Positions 38,964-49,552 of a stretch of DNA of 64,000 nucleotides are shown piece after piece. The notes below the pieces were generated by a model. That model saw only the letters and a program-made list of their open reading frames with translations. It was not told the origin of the DNA and searched no databases. Each line of letters begins with the position of its first letter. The stretch's first letter is position 1. A program made the position numbers and the translations under genes. The stretch lies in assembly GCA_963799275.1 (NCBI GenBank), contig CAWCWJ010000001.1:197071-261070 (forward strand), read 5' to 3'. This DNA is from an uncultured Alphaproteobacteria bacterium (lineage in GTDB: Bacteria > Pseudomonadota > Alphaproteobacteria > Micavibrionales > Micavibrionaceae).

Positions 38964-39977
38964 TTATCGTACGGCGCTAATAGACAATATGGCTTGTGAG
39001 CATAATGTTTGCACAGGCGTTGCTGTACGTTTTGATTGTGCTTCCAATTCAGTGAGTTTTAAAAGAATAGTATCAAGCTTCTTGCCTCGCCATTTGGTAA
39101 CTTGTGATTTAAATGCGGGTTCTACTTTAAAAAATAATGGGGGGGATAAGGTTTTTATCGCTTGATCTAATGATTGACCAGACTGCATCACACTTTGAGT
39201 ATAATGAAGCCGTCTAAAATGGTTTTGCATACTGCGTAATATGGCAATATCGGCAACCCCTTCACCAATTAATCGGTTGTAACTTTCTATGGCTTTTTTC
39301 GTATTGCCAGAGCCAAGGGCATACACCAGATCATCAAGATCGGCATCGGCAATATTACCCACCGATTGGTGTACGTGTTCTGTTGTAATATTCTTTTCCT
39401 CCCCCATATAGAGCATAAGCTTTTCAATCTCGCCCCGTACGCGTGACCGATCCCCCATCACATTAGCAGCCAAAAGATGTACCGCATCAGCATTAATAAA
39501 ATATCCCGCGTTAGAGAGCGTTTCGCGTATAAGGTTGCTCACTCCCCTCTCATCCTCAACATAGCAAGGCAATGCCGCTGCATTTTTTGATTTTTCACAA
39601 AGTTGCCGCAAAGTAGATCGTGTTTCTAAAGCATCCGCTTCAATCAGTATAAGATTATCTGGGGAGGGATCTTCGAGGTAGGATTTTATAATGGTCGTTA
39701 ACTTGTCACTACCGTCCTCAATTTTTATAAGACGCGCCCCACCCATCATGGATAAGGCCATCGCCTCGTCATTTAAGCGGGCGGGGTCATCGTGAATAAT
39801 ATCAGCGGTGAGCGATATAGCATTGAAGGGATCGTCCAAATTATCGACAATTGTTTTACCAATGATCTGGCTGCGCTCTCGCATAAGGCCGTTATCAGGA
39901 CCATAAATCAAAATAACCCGGGCCTTAGGATCGGGGGATTTTAAAAAAGGGTCACTTTGTTTCCATGTCAGTTTCAT
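38964..39977 (-). CDS. holA: DNA polymerase III delta subunit
   Basis: Length, the N-terminal VILIYGPDNGL segment, and the conserved position next to parB/lptE. Confidence 0.8.
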   Translation of the reverse strand: MKLTWKQSDPFLKSPDPKARVILIYGPDNGLMRERSQIIGKTIVDNLDDPFNAISLTADIIHDDPARLNDEAMALSMMGGARLIKIEDGSDKLTTIIKSYLEDPSPDNLILIEADALETRSTLRQLCEKSKNAAALPCYVEDERGVSNLIRETLSNAGYFINADAVHLLAANVMGDRSRVRGEIEKLMLYMGEEKNITTEHVHQSVGNIADADLDDLVYALGSGNTKKAIESYNRLIGEGVADIAILRSMQNHFRRLHYTQSVMQSGQSLDQAIKTLSPPLFFKVEPAFKSQVTKWRGKKLDTILLKLTELEAQSKRTATPVQTLCSQAILSISAVR

Positions 39978-39998
39978 ATATTTGACTATAAAGAATTT

Positions 39999-40343
39999 TT
40001 ACGTATTGACCAATTCTTCATCCCAAATTTTCATGGCGCGGCGAATATGGGGAATGGTGATTGACCCCCCAACCAACATAGCAATTGAAACGGCATCCGA
40101 TAATTCTTCGGATGAAACGCCTGCTTTATGACATTCGATTAGATGATATAAAATACAATCATCACATCGCAGAACAAGTGAGGCGTTCAACCCTAAAAGC
40201 TCCTTGGTTTTTTTGTCTAATGCGCCTGCTTCATATGTTTTTGAATCAAGGCCGTAAAATGATTTTTGTGAACGGTTGGCATATTTGGCAAGAACTTTAT
40301 TATACTCTTCGCGTTCGGTTTTAAATTTTTCAATTTGTGACAT
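39999..40343 (-). CDS. carboxymuconolactone decarboxylase / AhpD-like family protein
   Basis: CMD-type helical domain with a CxxC-containing motif (LRCDDCILYH). Confidence 0.75.
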   Translation of the reverse strand: MSQIEKFKTEREEYNKVLAKYANRSQKSFYGLDSKTYEAGALDKKTKELLGLNASLVLRCDDCILYHLIECHKAGVSSEELSDAVSIAMLVGGSITIPHIRRAMKIWDEELVNT

Positions 40344-40360
40344 AGTTTTTTCTTTCTTAT

Positions 40361-41777
40361 TTATAATGTTAAAGATTCTTTTGCAATTTGTTGATGACCA
40401 TCACGAAATGTTTCAACACCCCATTTCCCCTTATAGCTTGCAGGACCTGCATAATATAAGCCGTCCGTATTTTGTTGACCAGCAATAATAACATCATGAC
40501 CGATACCGCCCCATCGAATATGACCATCGCGATCCAGCGTAGAAATTAAAGGGGATCGTATTCTTCCATTGGGTGATTTTAACAATCGCGCGCAGCTTGC
40601 TGCATTAAAAACAGCATCATATTGAGCTTGCTCTTGCCCTACAAATGTGACGGTGAATCCATCACAATGGGGTTCAATATCTTTACTGGTGATCGAAGAT
40701 TGTTTGGAAATAAATTGTGTATCTCCTATCGACTGTTGATATAATCTAAAGCGTTGAGGCGATGTTGGATTGCTGTAATAGGCATCAATCCTTTGTGTCA
40801 TCTTCTTCCAAACATCTTGGGAAGGATGCACAAAATTTTTAAAAATAGAATCTTCTTTATAAAAAGCAGATAAAACATGCCCAACGCCATATCCCGTTGT
40901 CACGGCAAGTGCAATCTCCTTCTCCCATAAAAATTGTAAATCTTTTTCTGTCTTACATTCAATCAAATTTTCTGGTGTAAATTCAGTAAATTGATAAGGG
41001 GGTAGATTATTATCTGGCCTATATAATTCGGGACTAAAAAGCCAAGGGAGAACGCCGCGACGTGATACGACATGAATTTCTCCATCATAGCCATAGTTTT
41101 TCAGCTCGGCCAAACGATCAATCATTGTTTGACCACTACCAACAATAAGAACGCGGTTATGTCTATTTCCTATTGTTTCAAATGCTTGTCTATCAATATG
41201 GCCATCGAAATAAAGTTTATGATCTGAGAATTCTTGTAAATATTCGTTACGATGATGACCATCTGCGATAATTAAACGAGTTCGTATCCCATTCTTTATC
41301 CGGTGTGCAAATCTTCCAACGCCCATCATGGCCTTGTGCAGAAGTTATGGCTTGGGGCGTTATTTCTACGGTTGCAGGAAAATTCCCCCATAATGTTTGT
41401 GTTCTTGCCCTATCAAAAACTTTTCTCAAAAATTCACCATATACTTGACGGGGTTGAAAACTATTTTCGCAATCAAATTTAGAGAGTTGTGGGTTTTTCT
41501 CCCTTACGAAATCAACAAACTTTTGTGGCTCATCACCAAATGGGGACATTGCAAATGCAGGCTGGTTTAATAATGCAATATTATCAGGACTATAAAATCT
41601 GTAAGGGGAGCCGTCCCCAAATTGCCCTGAGGGGTCTGCAATGATAAATCGTGTTTGAGAAAAATCATCTGGTTGGCCAGAATTTTGCCATGCTTTTCGA
41701 ATTTGCTTTATTTGTTGTGCAAAAATCGTAGTTCCAGAAAATCCTGCACCTGCGATTGTTATGGTCTGTTGTGTCAT
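40361..41777 (-). pseudogene. FAD/NAD(P)-binding oxidoreductase, split by a frameshift
   Basis: The N-terminal ORF (41247-41777) has the Rossmann motif ITIAGAGFSGTT. The C-terminal ORF (40361-41329) has a second dinucleotide motif VLIVGSGQTMID. The two overlap in different frames, and the 1417-nt span is 3n+1. Confidence 0.7.
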
Positions 41778-42032
41778 GTTTCACCTATTATACAAATTAT
41801 GCATAGGCAAAGATAAACAGTATCAAGATGAGATATGCTTGAACTTTGCTATGGTCTCCAAAAATTACGGGACCATAGCGGTTCGTTCGCTATAGCGCTC
41901 TTTAGCCTTTTTATACGTGGTGCAAGCTGCCCCGATCAAAATCCACGATTAATCGCCAGATGAAAGCAATCAATAATTCAGATATATCGGATGTTATGCA
42001 AAGAAGTCAAGTATTTTATATGAAAGAATTAT

Positions 42033-42548
42033 TTATCGTTTTAAATATAAAGATATTTGTTGTTCGATTTGTCGTGCCAAATCATTAAGGGCAGATTCCC
42101 TGGCGCTTTGTTCTGTAACAATTGTAGAATATTCACTCTCCAAAACGTTATAAGATGTTACAGCGTTAAGTGTACGTGTCAGTAAAACATCGGTGGTCGC
42201 GGCATCTAAAAATTGCATTTTTGTTGTAAGACGTAATTGGCGACGCGTGGCTTCGGAATTTATAGTAACATCAAAATCAGCCACATTTTCTTTTATAGGG
42301 GTAAGGGATAATTGATATATAGGCGTATTGGGATAACCCGAATAGTAAAAACGATCAATCAAAGCATTGCGCAAAAATTGCCCTTCACGATCGGGGATAA
42401 TATCAATAGCGATATCATTAAGATTGTTTTTTATCGCCTGCCCTTGCGAAATTGAATTGGCACCATATAAAGATGTAAAACCGCAGGCAGTAAGGACCAC
42501 ATTTGATAACATCATACAAGATAATAAAATAAATGTAGAAAACCGCAT
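42033..42548 (-). CDS. lptE: LPS-assembly lipoprotein LptE
   Basis: Lipobox VVLTAC-G, about 170 aa, in the conserved position between leuS and holA. Confidence 0.65.
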   Translation of the reverse strand: MRFSTFILLSCMMLSNVVLTACGFTSLYGANSISQGQAIKNNLNDIAIDIIPDREGQFLRNALIDRFYYSGYPNTPIYQLSLTPIKENVADFDVTINSEATRRQLRLTTKMQFLDAATTDVLLTRTLNAVTSYNVLESEYSTIVTEQSARESALNDLARQIEQQISLYLKR

Positions 42549-42656
42549 GAATTTGTTCCTTATAATTATGCTATAGTATAGTGTTGAAAAATTCTTTTTC
42601 GAAGAATGACTATATATAAAAACACAAAAAAGAACATAAAGATTTCCTCAATCTCA

Positions 42657-43280
42657 CTAGCGCGTAAAAACAAGTTTTTCATCCATTAAAATTTTATAAA
42701 GCTTATTCCCCAAACCAACAATAAGCAAACATAGAGCTGTTACACTTAAAATATTTGGCGGATAGATAAGATTTAATTTGGAAGGAAATAAAGAGGGTTT
42801 AAACCAACTTATCAAAGGTAGAATTAATCCCCCCATAGCAATACTAAACATTAACACATACCGTGGAATATGATTTAACAGTCGCGAAGTGTTATGTAGA
42901 TTTGTTTCATTTTGAGTGTTTATTTCTTGCCATTCTTGGGGGGTATGCCAATTAAAAAAGGACTGCCCCCAGCTTACTTCCTCCACCGCAACATAAAAAC
43001 AAGAAAGTGCGGCAAGCGATATCCATGCAAAAATCCATGGATTTTGTTTCCATGATAATTTTATTAATAAGGTGCAACATAAAATAAACGATACCACCAA
43101 TAGCCCAAATTGGATAAGTTCGTGAATATTCCCTTCGGCATGAATATTGAGAATAAGAAGTGGCGGCAATGTCCATTCGATAACTATTTGTCCAATAAAC
43201 CACAATACAGGAATCCATAGCCATAAAAGAGAAGGAATTTCTTGTGTTGCTATTTTTTGAAAAGTATTTTTTTCGCGCAT
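42657..43280 (-). CDS. hypothetical multi-pass membrane protein
   Basis: 207-aa ORF with five to six hydrophobic helices and a VEEVSWGQ motif. Its start codon abuts the leuS stop codon. Confidence 0.6.
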   Translation of the reverse strand: MREKNTFQKIATQEIPSLLWLWIPVLWFIGQIVIEWTLPPLLILNIHAEGNIHELIQFGLLVVSFILCCTLLIKLSWKQNPWIFAWISLAALSCFYVAVEEVSWGQSFFNWHTPQEWQEINTQNETNLHNTSRLLNHIPRYVLMFSIAMGGLILPLISWFKPSLFPSKLNLIYPPNILSVTALCLLIVGLGNKLYKILMDEKLVFTR

Positions 43281-45861
43281 TTAACCAATAACCAGATTAA
43301 CAATACGTCCCGGCACAATAATGGTCTTTTTAATATTTTTGCTATCAATCGCCTTTATAATAGCGGGGTCGTTCATGGCAATTTCTTCAATTTCTTCCTT
43401 GCTGGCATTGGCATTATGGGCAATGGTGGCGCGTACTTTCCCATTGATCTGAACCGCAATTGTAACGGTATCGGCGGCCAATAATTCTTTATCAAAAATG
43501 GGCCAGGGTGTGTCACATAAAATTGTATCATGCCCTAAAATTTGCCAAAGTTCTTCGGCCAAATGCGGCATCATCGGATTAAAAATTTGAACCAGAGTTT
43601 CCAGCCCCTCACGATAGACCCATTTATCGGCATCATTAGCGGGTTTGAACGTCGATAAAGCATTGGATAATTCACGAATACGTGCCACTGCCTTATTCAT
43701 ATGAAAGGCTTCAATATCTGCTGCGACCCCTTCGATAGATTGATGGGTAATGGTGCGTAATTTTAAAGCCTTCTCATTAAAATCATCGGGAATTTTGGTA
43801 TTAATTGGGGGTAGATTGTTTTTGCCTTCCTCCACCATACGGTGCAATTTATTGACGAAACGCCATGCGCCTTCAATTCCGCCTTCCGTCCATTCAATAT
43901 CACGCTCGGGCGGGGAATCGGACAAGATAAAAAGACGTACAGCATCCGCCCCGTACGTATCAATAATATCTTGCGGGTCAATCACATTTTTCTTGGATTT
44001 GGACATTTTTGTCACCGCCCCTGCCTTCACAGGTGAGCCATCGGTTAATTTTGTCCATTGACCATCTTTTTGAATGGCATCGGTAGGATAGATCCAATTA
44101 CCTTCATTATCTTGAAATGTTTGATGGGTGACCATGCCTTGGGTAAATAATCCCGCAAACGGCTCATCCGGTACTTCATATCCGCAATCCGATAAGGCGC
44201 GGGTGAAAAAACGTGAGTATAAAAGATGCAAAACCGCATGTTCAACCCCGCCAATATATTGATCAACGGGCATCCAGTAATTTGATTTTTCATCCGCAAA
44301 ACCGCGGGTTTTGTTGTTCGGGTCAAGATAGCGAAGGAAATACCAGCTGCTTTCAAAAAAAGTGTCGCAAGTATCTGTCTCACGAATGGCAGGTTCCCCC
44401 GTTTCGGGGCAGGTGGTATATTTCCATGTGGGATGACGATCAAGCGGGTTGCCTGGCGCGTCATAATTAATGTCATAAGGCAATTCAACGGGCAATTGAT
44501 CCTCAGGCACGGCAACACATGCCCCATCACTAACCCGATAGACAAAGGGGACGGGGCATCCCCAATATCGTTGGCGTGATACACCCCAATCACGTAAGAC
44601 GGAAAACGGTTGCACCTTCGCCAATGCTCATCTCCTCCATTTTTTGGATGATGGCGCGTTTTGCCGCATCAATTTCTAACCCATTTAAGAAGTCAGAATT
44701 TATAATTGTGCCTGGGCCGTTGTAAGATTCATCTTGAATATCAGGGGCATCATCGGGGGATGAAACCACTTGGGTAATCGAAAGGTTATATTTTTTGGCA
44801 AATTCATGATCCCGCGCATCATGGGCAGGGACACCAAAAATGGCGCCTGTACCGTAATCCATCAAAATAAAGTTGGCAATATAAAGGGGGTAATCTTCCC
44901 CCGTCATGGGGTTGGTAATGGTGTAGCCTGTATCAAAGCCAAGCTTATCCGCTTTCTCAATTGCCTCTTCGGATGTGCCGACGGCTTGGCATTGTTTGAT
45001 AAAATCTTCAAATCCCTCTTTATCACCCGCCAGTTTTTTGGCCAAGGGATGATCCGCCGCCATTGCAAAGAATGATGTGCCAAATATTGTATCGGGGCGT
45101 GTGGTATAAATTTTTAAAACATCATCAGTATTGTTGATGGGGAAATCGGCATACATCCCTTGGGATTTACCGATCCAGTTGGCTTGCATGGTGCGTACCT
45201 TATCTGGCCAATGGTCAAGTGTATCAATCCCGCTTAACAATTCATCGGCATAGTCAGTGATTTTAAAAAACCATTGGTGTAATTTACGCCTTTCAACAGG
45301 CGCGCCAGAACGCCAGCCTTTACCATCGACCACTTGTTCATTGGCCAAGACAGTGTCTTCAACAGGGTCCCAATTCACAACGGATTCTTTACGATACGCC
45401 AATCCTTTATTATAAAAATCAATGAACATCTTTTGTTCATGACGATAATAATCGGGATCGCAAGTGGCGACCTCCCTGCTCCAATCAATGGCCAAACCCA
45501 TGGAGAGCAATTGTGCCTTCATTTGGGCGATATTGTCGTACGTCCAATCTTTGGGATGTAGATTATTTTGTATGGCTGCATTTTCCGCAGGCAAACCCAA
45601 GGCATCCCACCCCATGGGGTTCAACACATTAAACCCCTTTGCCTTTTTATATCGTGCCACAACATCCGATAGTGAATAATTACGCACATGGCCCACATGG
45701 ATACGCCCCGAAGGGTAAGGCAACATGGCAAGGACATAAAATTTTTGTTTACTTGCATCTTCGGTAACTTCGAATGATTTTTGCTCATCCCAAATTTTTT
45801 GCCATTTTGATTCGGTTTCGCGGATATTATAGCGTTCTGGTGTGTTCATCTTTATTGCCAT
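43281..45861 (-). pseudogene. leuS: leucyl-tRNA synthetase, interrupted by a frameshift (possibly a sequence error)
   Basis: The N-terminal ORF (44590-45861) has the HIGH motif PYPSGRIHVGH. The C-terminal ORF (43281-44624) has [13 protein letters not shown] and the KMSKS motif. The 2581-nt span is 3n+1. The junction reads ...GATVFRLT* in one frame and LRDWGVSRQ in the other. Confidence 0.9.
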
Positions 45862-45924
45862 TTATTTAAAATTTATCTGTATTAGTTTTAACCGCCAAGA
45901 CACAAAGACACAAAGTCTTTTTAT

Positions 45925-45962
45925 AAAAAAAAGCGCCTTACATATATAAGACGCTTTTTTAA
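45925..45962 (-). terminator. rho-independent terminator after the DUF3576-like gene
   Basis: On the minus strand: agcgtctta-tatatg-taaggcgct (9-bp stem with one G-U pair) followed by TTTTTT. An A-run lies on the other side. Confidence 0.7.
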
Positions 45963-45981
45963 ATATTAGAAGAAAAGTTGT

Positions 45982-46524
45982 TTATCCTTCTTTAGCGGCA
46001 ACGCGCAGTTGGCGGGCGCGGGTGAGGATGGCATCTTCGAGTTTTGTACCCATTTCATCGGCAACGGGGGATGCTTTCCACCCACTGCCCGATTTTACTT
46101 CACGAAATACTTTGACTTGTACCCCTGTTGATACCAGTTGCTTATCCAAAATAAAGACATTGACCTTTAAACGCTCGTTCGGGGTGGCAGGATCGGAATA
46201 CCAATCGGTGATAATAACGCCACCAAACGGGTCAGCACTGGCCAAGGGCATAAAGGATACCGTATCCAATGAGGCACGCCACAAAAAGCTGTTGACCCCA
46301 ATACCGGTTGATCCATCATCGGCATTCTTTTTCTTGCCACCAAAAATTGAAAGTCCGTCGCTGCCAAATATGCTTTCACGCTCCCCATAAATATCATCCC
46401 CTGTTGTGGTTCTGTCTAGGCCAGAAGGGAATTTTTGCTCACCTTCGGGCAGTTTGCTACAGGCAGAAAGGCCAAATATCGTAGCCATTATAATGGTAGG
46501 CAATAAGTAAAAACGATGTGACAT
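45982..46524 (-). CDS. lipoprotein, DUF3576-like
   Basis: Start at MSHRFYLL. Lipobox GLSAC. The conserved core VNSFLWRASLDTVSFMPLASADPFGGVIITDWY is recalled from the DUF3576 family found next to leuS in alphaproteobacteria. Confidence 0.65.
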   Translation of the reverse strand: MSHRFYLLPTIIMATIFGLSACSKLPEGEQKFPSGLDRTTTGDDIYGERESIFGSDGLSIFGGKKKNADDGSTGIGVNSFLWRASLDTVSFMPLASADPFGGVIITDWYSDPATPNERLKVNVFILDKQLVSTGVQVKVFREVKSGSGWKASPVADEMGTKLEDAILTRARQLRVAAKEG

Positions 46525-46815
46525 ATAATAAGTCCTAAAAGTTAAGTAAAAATGTAAAATATTTCTAGCATGGGAAAAAGCCGCGCTCAAGAGGCCATTT
46601 TATGGCATTTGATAGATAAGCCTCATTCTGTATGTTGCAAAAATACCACAGCTTATTAAAAATCGTGATATTTTTATCAAATCTGCGTTGACGATTGGCG
46701 CGAATAGGGTCTAAATAGGCCTCGTTACTTAGGGGTTCTCTCAGGTAGCTCTTCTTTTTAGCGATAGTCGTAATAAAGAAGATTTTAATTTAGTTATTCT
46801 TTTGGAGGAAATACA

Positions 46816-47946
46816 ATGAATAAACTTTTACTCGGTAGTGCTGCAATTGCCGGTTTGGTTTTAGCTTCTGCGCCTGCGCAAGCTCAAATGGAACTGACAA
46901 TCGGTGGTCACTCTAAAAACTATGTTGGTTACTTAGATCAAGATGATGCTGCTGGTACAGATACTCGTGATTTTGATATGCAACGCGAAACTGAACTTCA
47001 CTTTAATGGTGAATCAACATTAGACAATGGTCTAACATTTGGTTTTCAAGTTGAAGCAGAAGTAGATGCTGGTGATGATGCAAACACAATCGAAGAATCA
47101 TACATTTACTTATCAAGTGCATTTGGTCGTTTGAACTTAGGTTCTGAAGATGGTGCTGCTTACTTATTACAAGTTGCTGCTCCTTCTGCGGATGCAAACA
47201 TTGACGGTCTTCGTCAGTACATCAACCCTGTAAACTACGCAGCTGCTGCTGTTGTTGGTGCAAGTGCATTACGTTCACCTGCTGATCCAGGTGCAGAAGC
47301 TGATGGTTTTGACTATGATCAAGATATCACTGGTGCAGCTGAAAAAATCACATACTTGTCACCTAACTTTGGTGGTTTCCAATTCGGTGCGTCTTATACG
47401 CATGATTTGAGTGATGGTGGTTCAGCTGACAATATTGCATCTGGTTTTAACCAAGATGATCAAGCTGGTACTTTAGGTTCAGCTTATGAAGTTGGTGCAC
47501 GTTTTGAAGGTGTTATGAGCAACTTTGGTTATGCTATTGGTGCAGGTTACACTTTCGCTGAAAGCGAAAATGACAATGCTGTCCGTACAGATGACTATAA
47601 CGCATTTAACGTTGGTCTAGACATCGACACTGGTCCTTTTGGTATTGGTGCTGTTTACTTAGATGAAGATCAAGGTCTTGCATCTGGTGATGATGTAACA
47701 ACATATGTTGTTGGTGCAGACTACACAACTGGTCCTTTCAAATTTGGTGCTTCTTACTACAACCAAGAAGATGAAACAGTTGCTGGTGGATCTGACCTAG
47801 ATACTGACCGTTATACTGGTGGTGTTATCTACACTGCGGGTCCTGGTTTATCTTTCCGTGGTTCTGTTTCATACATTGACCATGATTTAGGTGCCGTTGA
47901 TGCAGATGCAACATCTGTAATGGGTGGTGTTCAAATCAACTTCTAA
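46816..47946 (+). CDS. outer-membrane porin
   Basis: Strong SD (GGAGGA 8 nt upstream). Signal peptide ending AQA. Alternating Gly/Tyr/Asp-rich beta-strand pattern and a C-terminal ...GGVQINF. Codon usage is distinct from neighbours, as expected for a highly expressed gene. Confidence 0.85.
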   Translation: MNKLLLGSAAIAGLVLASAPAQAQMELTIGGHSKNYVGYLDQDDAAGTDTRDFDMQRETELHFNGESTLDNGLTFGFQVEAEVDAGDDANTIEESYIYLSSAFGRLNLGSEDGAAYLLQVAAPSADANIDGLRQYINPVNYAAAAVVGASALRSPADPGAEADGFDYDQDITGAAEKITYLSPNFGGFQFGASYTHDLSDGGSADNIASGFNQDDQAGTLGSAYEVGARFEGVMSNFGYAIGAGYTFAESENDNAVRTDDYNAFNVGLDIDTGPFGIGAVYLDEDQGLASGDDVTTYVVGADYTTGPFKFGASYYNQEDETVAGGSDLDTDRYTGGVIYTAGPGLSFRGSVSYIDHDLGAVDADATSVMGGVQINF

Positions 47947-48006
47947 TTTTTAAGTCCTCGCATTTATGCGCATGACGAATTAATTAGTAGATATAAGAAT
48001 TTTAAG

Positions 48007-48034
48007 GGGGCGCTTTTTATAGCGCCTCTTTTTT
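48007..48034 (+). terminator. rho-independent terminator after the porin gene
   Basis: ggggcgct-ttttat-agcgcctc stem-loop followed by TTTTTT. Confidence 0.75.
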
Positions 48035-48096
48035 GTTTTGTCTTAATGAATAATTTTAACCTTTATGTCTTCGTGCCTTAATGGTTATATAAAACC

Positions 48097-48774
48097 ATGA
48101 ATAATATTCTTGAAAACCTAAATCAAACCCATCAGAAAATTGATAAAGCATGCAATCAATGGGCTGTTGATAAAGACGCTATAAAATTAATTGCCGTAAG
48201 CAAAAAACAATCCAGCGGTAAAATTGATTCTGCCTTAAAAGCCGGTCAAGTTGTCTTTGGTGAAAATCAAATTAAAGATGCGAAAAACAGATGGGATCAT
48301 CGCATTGAAGAAAATAAAGATATTGAGCTTCACCTTATCGGTGCTTTACAATCCAATAAGGTGAAGGAGGCAGTTGCCCTGTTTGACTATATCCATAGTG
48401 TGGATCGTATAAAATTGGTTCGTGCATTGGTCAAAGAAAGTAGATTGCAAAATAAAAAAATTAAATATTTTATTCAAATCAACACAGGTGAGGAACCACA
48501 AAAATCCGGCGTGCTTCCCCATGATTTTAATGATTTTTATTCGCAATGCCAAAGTGAAGGATTGGATATTTATGGCTTAATGTGCATCCCCCCGGTTGAT
48601 GAACGTCCCGCCCATCATTTTGCGCTGTTACGAAAAATGGCAATGGCGAAAGAGATTAAAAATTTAAGTATTGGGATGAGCAGCGATTTTGAAAAAGCAA
48701 TCCCCTTTCAAATTCCTAATGGTAAAATTTATATTCGGGTGGGAACGTCCATCTTTGGCGTGCGAGATAGTTAA
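48097..48774 (+). CDS. yggS: YggS family pyridoxal-phosphate homeostasis protein
   Basis: LIAVSKKQ (PLP lysine), HLIGALQSNKV, IHSVDR, GMSSDF. Confidence 0.88.
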   Translation: MNNILENLNQTHQKIDKACNQWAVDKDAIKLIAVSKKQSSGKIDSALKAGQVVFGENQIKDAKNRWDHRIEENKDIELHLIGALQSNKVKEAVALFDYIHSVDRIKLVRALVKESRLQNKKIKYFIQINTGEEPQKSGVLPHDFNDFYSQCQSEGLDIYGLMCIPPVDERPAHHFALLRKMAMAKEIKNLSIGMSSDFEKAIPFQIPNGKIYIRVGTSIFGVRDS

Positions 48775-49434
48775 TCACGCATCAACAAGCGTTCGGGGGG
48801 GCATAGGGGTTAGGCTTAGTTGAGTAATCGGGGGATAACCAGAATGTTGCTGTCTATTTAAAGGGCTATTATTGGATTTCAATCCCCAATTGGCGGTTCT
48901 GATGTCGCTATCATCTTCATATTGACGGTATAGAATATCTGGATTAACCGCTTTTTGTGTGCCAGATAACCCCACCATAGAAAAGGCGGAATCATTCAAG
49001 TTGGAGCCTGTTTGCATTTCGCTAATCGCATTAATGGTTGATGTGACCGCCCCAATCGGCCCCCCAAAGATTGATCCACCAATAATTTGTGATGCAGGTT
49101 TAATTTCATCCCCTGTCACAGAACGGTAAAGCGAGCCGACAATCGGTATATGTTGAAGGGGATTAATAATATCCAAAACATCTTTAAATGCATAAGGATC
49201 ATGAGGGGGGGAGGCTGGCACATCCTGCTTTAACCCAAGCATATTTTGGGCGGGTTGAATATTGTAAGACCCAACGCGCCCCAATGCTGCACGATTTAAA
49301 TCCGAAGAAATTTTATCTTGTGCAGATTGATTAATTTTTGGATTTTTCCATGATTGTATGGATAACGGCTTATTACGACCCGTTTGCAAAATGTTATTCG
49401 CACTATATGAAGAATTTATATCCATATAAAACAC
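48775..49434 (-). CDS. hypothetical protein
   Basis: 219-aa ORF with a Gly-rich hydrophobic patch (IIGGSIFGGPIGAVTSTINAI). No family recognised. Confidence 0.5.
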   Translation of the reverse strand: MFYMDINSSYSANNILQTGRNKPLSIQSWKNPKINQSAQDKISSDLNRAALGRVGSYNIQPAQNMLGLKQDVPASPPHDPYAFKDVLDIINPLQHIPIVGSLYRSVTGDEIKPASQIIGGSIFGGPIGAVTSTINAISEMQTGSNLNDSAFSMVGLSGTQKAVNPDILYRQYEDDSDIRTANWGLKSNNSPLNRQQHSGYPPITQLSLTPMPPRTLVDA

Positions 49435-49552
49435 TATTCAAATAATATGCCAAATAATGAATCATTTAAAAACAATAACTTAATAAGGTTTAACTTCTAT
49501 CTTTTTAAAAATAAATTTGATGATAAGGCAGGAAACAGGTAAATTTTTCTGT

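Noticed and set aside
38929-39165. 78-aa plus-strand ORF
   Set aside because: It lies antisense to the 3' part of holA, which has clear family features.
41876-41892. tRNA-like T-arm (tagcg-gttcgtt-cgcta) and a nearby 9-bp hairpin (41848-41879) in the gap between the FAD gene and lptE
   Set aside because: I could not build an acceptor stem, D-arm or anticodon arm around it, so no cloverleaf forms. The hairpins are not followed by a U-tract. It is left as unexplained minor structure.
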